A DNA stretch of 63,797 nucleotides, the filler included, from Reclinomonas americana ATCC 50394 (taxonomy: Eukaryota), in assembly GCA_048213135.1 (NCBI GenBank). It is 16 parts of 16 records of this genome, joined end to end, with 100 filler letters (N's around TTAATTAATTAA, not from the genome) between each part and the next. Parts side by side here need not be neighbours in the genome. Positions count along the whole stretch, not along the records: positions 57,439 to 61,800 come from AFZH01022419.1; positions 61,901 to 63,797 come from AFZH01022420.1; 14 more parts are not named here. The stretch is one strand, 5' to 3'. Position numbers and translations under genes: made by a program. Numbering within the stretch: the first letter of the stretch is position 1; each line of letters begins with the position of its first letter. Below the pieces are notes generated by a model. It was not told the DNA's origin. It did no database searches and was given only the letters and a program-made list of their open reading frames with translations. Shown in pieces: positions 60,930 to 63,797 of the stretch.

Positions 60930-62310
60930 AAAAAAGAAAAAAGCAAAAGAAAGGAGAGCGGCAGCGCTAGGATCAGATCGCGGCAACCGAGGTTGCTGCA
61001 ATCATGTTGTGAAATCAATGAAAGCGCTTACCAGTGCCTTTCTCGAAGCAGAGAGCCGGGTTCACAGCGCACCTCAAATGTGCGCATCGGCGGGTGTTCG
61101 AGTTGGATTGTGGGACAGACAAATTGGCAGTGAATAATTGCAAAAAGAGAGTGAAAGAGATACACGCAAAAGAAAAAAGAGAGAGGAGTGCGGCAGCGCC
61201 GTTGGATGACCAAGCACCCTTCCGAATCCGAGGATAACGGATTAGGTGTTCGTGTTGCAGTGTTTCAATGAAGGCGATTGCCAATGCCTCCCTCGAACTG
61301 AAGTTGTGGGTGCGATGAAGATAAAGTGTGCCAGGTGCAGGGTGCTCGACTGCGGTTGTGGGACCCAAAAGAAACTCCCAATCGAATTCGAATTCGAACG
61401 CGTCATTGCAAAAACCTGTACGATATTTTCTGGTCTCCTCGACCCGTCCGGTTTACAACAAACTTGACCTAAAATGCAGCAAAAAGAAAGAGAGGAGTGC
61501 GGCAGCGCCATTGGATGAACAAGCGCCTCTCCGAATCCGAGAATCCGGAAGAGGCGCTCGTACGCACAGCAGTATTCAATGAAGGCGATTGCCAATGCCT
61601 CTCTCAAACTAAAGTAATGGGTATGATGATGGTAAAATGTGCCAGGCGTAGGGTGCATAGCTGGAGTTGTGGGACCCAAAGGAAACTCCTAATCGAATTT
61701 GGATTCGAAGCTTAGAAGTTGAAGGATCGATTACAAAACTGAGTCATGTCAGGTTTATAACTCTCCACACCACAAAAGAAGCAAAAAGAGAGGAGTGCAG
61801 NNNNNNNNNNNNNNNNNNNNNNNNNNNNNNNNNNNNNNNNNNNNTTAATTAATTAANNNNNNNNNNNNNNNNNNNNNNNNNNNNNNNNNNNNNNNNNNNN
61901 TCAGACCTACTACTGTGCCGCATGGTGTAGTTAACTGCGTGCAATGCTGCTTGCTTGTTTTCTGGTTGTGGGACTTGCAAAAGCAATCGAATTCGAATTC
62001 GAATGCCAAAAAAGGAAATACTCGCGATATCGTACGAAACCAAACAACAAAACACTTCATTCACCACATTCACAAATCCCTTGCCAATAATGACCAAGAG
62101 TTATGGTGGAAAAAAGAGCAAAAGAGAGGAGTGCGGCATCGCCAAATGTCAGAGCGCCTCCTCCTAGGAAGTGGCACCCATGCACGTTACCAGAGTCGAA
62201 GAAAGCGATTACCAATGCCTCTCTCGGTGTAAAATAGTCGACGCTGCATACTTCATGTGCGCAGAGTGCAGAGTTCTTGTGCGTGGTTGTGGGACTCGGG
62301 AATGTTCGCA
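60930..62310. repeat. Diverged tandem repeat, unit about 300 bp, at least 5 units, crossing a gap
   Basis: GAGGAGTGCGGCAGCGCC at about 61183 and 61492, with variants at about 60953, 61790 and 62126; shared TTCAATGAAGGCGATTGCCAATGCCTC, GTTGTGGGAC and AATCGAATTCGAATTCGAA. Confidence 0.85.
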
Positions 62311-63797
62311 AAGTCGATTGTGATAGTTACTGTTTAGTATACTGAGGTTTCTGGAAGAGAAGAACGGAGCAGTCACAATCGTAATCCAATTGTATCTGTC
62401 CGTTCTTCTCTTGTTTGTATTCACAAAGAGCAGAAGTACACATACCACCACGGCTGCATGACGATGTGTTTCAGATCTGCTTCTACCGTCCTTTGTCTTG
62501 CACTCTCTTGAGGTTTCTGGTGTTGGAGGGCTATGAGTTTGACGCTCGCTCGTACTTGGCGATTGGTGTGACTGTTTTTATGATTATTCGGATATTTGTA
62601 CTTCTGCTTGAGACGCCTAAGCGACAGGGAACGACTACTCGAGGTTGTTTCCTTTGCTGACGCTCTGCTCTTACTCTTATGGTCTTACTGAAAAGAGTGA
62701 TTGCAAATGAAAAGCCCCCGTTTGTTGTGACTGCTGTTCCTCTGGAAGAAAGTGAATTCGACGGCATGCAATCGATGCGATCGCGAATTCGGAATTAGCG
62801 CCACAAACCTCTGTGACCTCTGAAGACGTCGTGGCGTGACACTGTCAGTCAACGGCATTCCGACAAATATGGAAAGCAAAAATGGCGGGAAAAGCAGTCA
62901 GGAACGAGCATGCGCAGCAATTGACAGGGAGGGGGTGCAAGCTCACCTTTCACCTGCAGGCACAGAGTGCGCCCAGCAAGAGACACAGAGAACATCAGTC
63001 AGGTGAGTACCGCGGTCAAAAAATCGAAGGCAGAAACGTGGTCGCGCAACTATTTCTTTCCTGTTGATGACCACAGAGAGAGAGAGAGATTGAGCACCAA
63101 CGCCATCCAAATGAAACAGCAGGAGCACCACCGTACTCACAAGTTTGGAGATACTTCTTGGAAACAACCGCAAGCACGGATGCTCGCAGCTCGACAACGC
63201 GTGAGCGTCGCCGTGGAATTTACGGTGTTCGATGTGGGAATGCACCAAGCCCGGCACTGCAAAGCAGAATGCACACACATTAACATATATCATTCCGGAT
63301 CCGCGCACCGCTATGTTTAACACGTACTCACCAAGTGCCGATCAACGTGACAGACGCAACCGAAGCCGTCGCGAAGACCCAGGAAGGGTCGACGCAGGTC
63401 TCACATTCGGAATCCCGGGCCCCCGAGGAAACAGATCCAGAGCGCACAGCAAGAGAGGAGAGACGTGCAGAAGAATGCAGAAAAAAAGCAGAAAAACAGC
63501 AGAGAGAGAGAGAGAGAGACGCTGCGTCACAACACTCGTCCGTGACCACCAGTGACGGTCTCGCGAGAGCGAGCTGCGCTTGCGCGCATCAGTGTGCGGA
63601 CGTGTCTCTCTCAACAGGCAGAATAAAAAAACTGAGAACCCGAGAATTATGCGAACGAGAATATATGCATAGGTACAGAGGAATCGCTGCAATCGCCAGA
63701 TCCTGTCTGTCACAGAGAATCGACACGACGAGACCAAGATTCCTCCGTCAGTGTTCCACACTTCCTGTTCTCACCAGTTTGTTAACGTTGTTGCAAC

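Noticed and set aside
37500..62310. CRISPR array, tRNA, rRNA or snRNA interpretation of the repeat arrays
   Set aside because: No constant repeat with unique spacers, no cas genes, and no recognisable tRNA cloverleaf or U1/U6 signature found by eye.
62400..63560. Possible spliced gene on the minus strand (several GTGAG donors and CAG acceptors)
   Set aside because: I could not build a frame-consistent model or recognise a product.

Overview
Draft assembly of an intron-rich, GC-rich eukaryote, probably a protist; the taxon cannot be determined from this window. It contains 15 artificial 100-nt gap linkers (44 N + TTAATTAATTAA + 44 N), many (CT)n/(CA)n/(GA)n tracts and some garbled read ends. 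By manual splicing I reconstructed about 22 tightly packed protein genes or gene fragments: AP-4 sigma, mitochondrial SSADH/ALDH, a large secreted FN3/NHL/cadherin-like/PAN protein, a small EGF protein, kinesin-5, an alpha/beta hydrolase, PWWP-TFIIS, an aldo-keto reductase, PHF5A, importin-4, two propeller proteins, an ADP-ribosylglycohydrolase with a nested oxidoreductase fragment, STMP1, NPRL2-like, 3-hydroxybutyryl-CoA dehydrogenase, RING-H2, a Pro-rich protein, an ependymin-like protein, a coiled-coil/UEV protein, a degenerate kinesin and a hypothetical protein. Several non-coding repeat arrays are also present. The main observation is a systematic second class of 5' splice sites. About 28 of roughly 130 hand-reconstructed introns start GTT with the conserved G at +6 instead of +5 (20 are exactly GTTGCGT). 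Almost all follow an exon that does not end in G, which suggests routine use of a shifted or bulged snRNA pairing register. All family assignments come from recalled motifs, not database searches, and exon boundaries are manual inferences.
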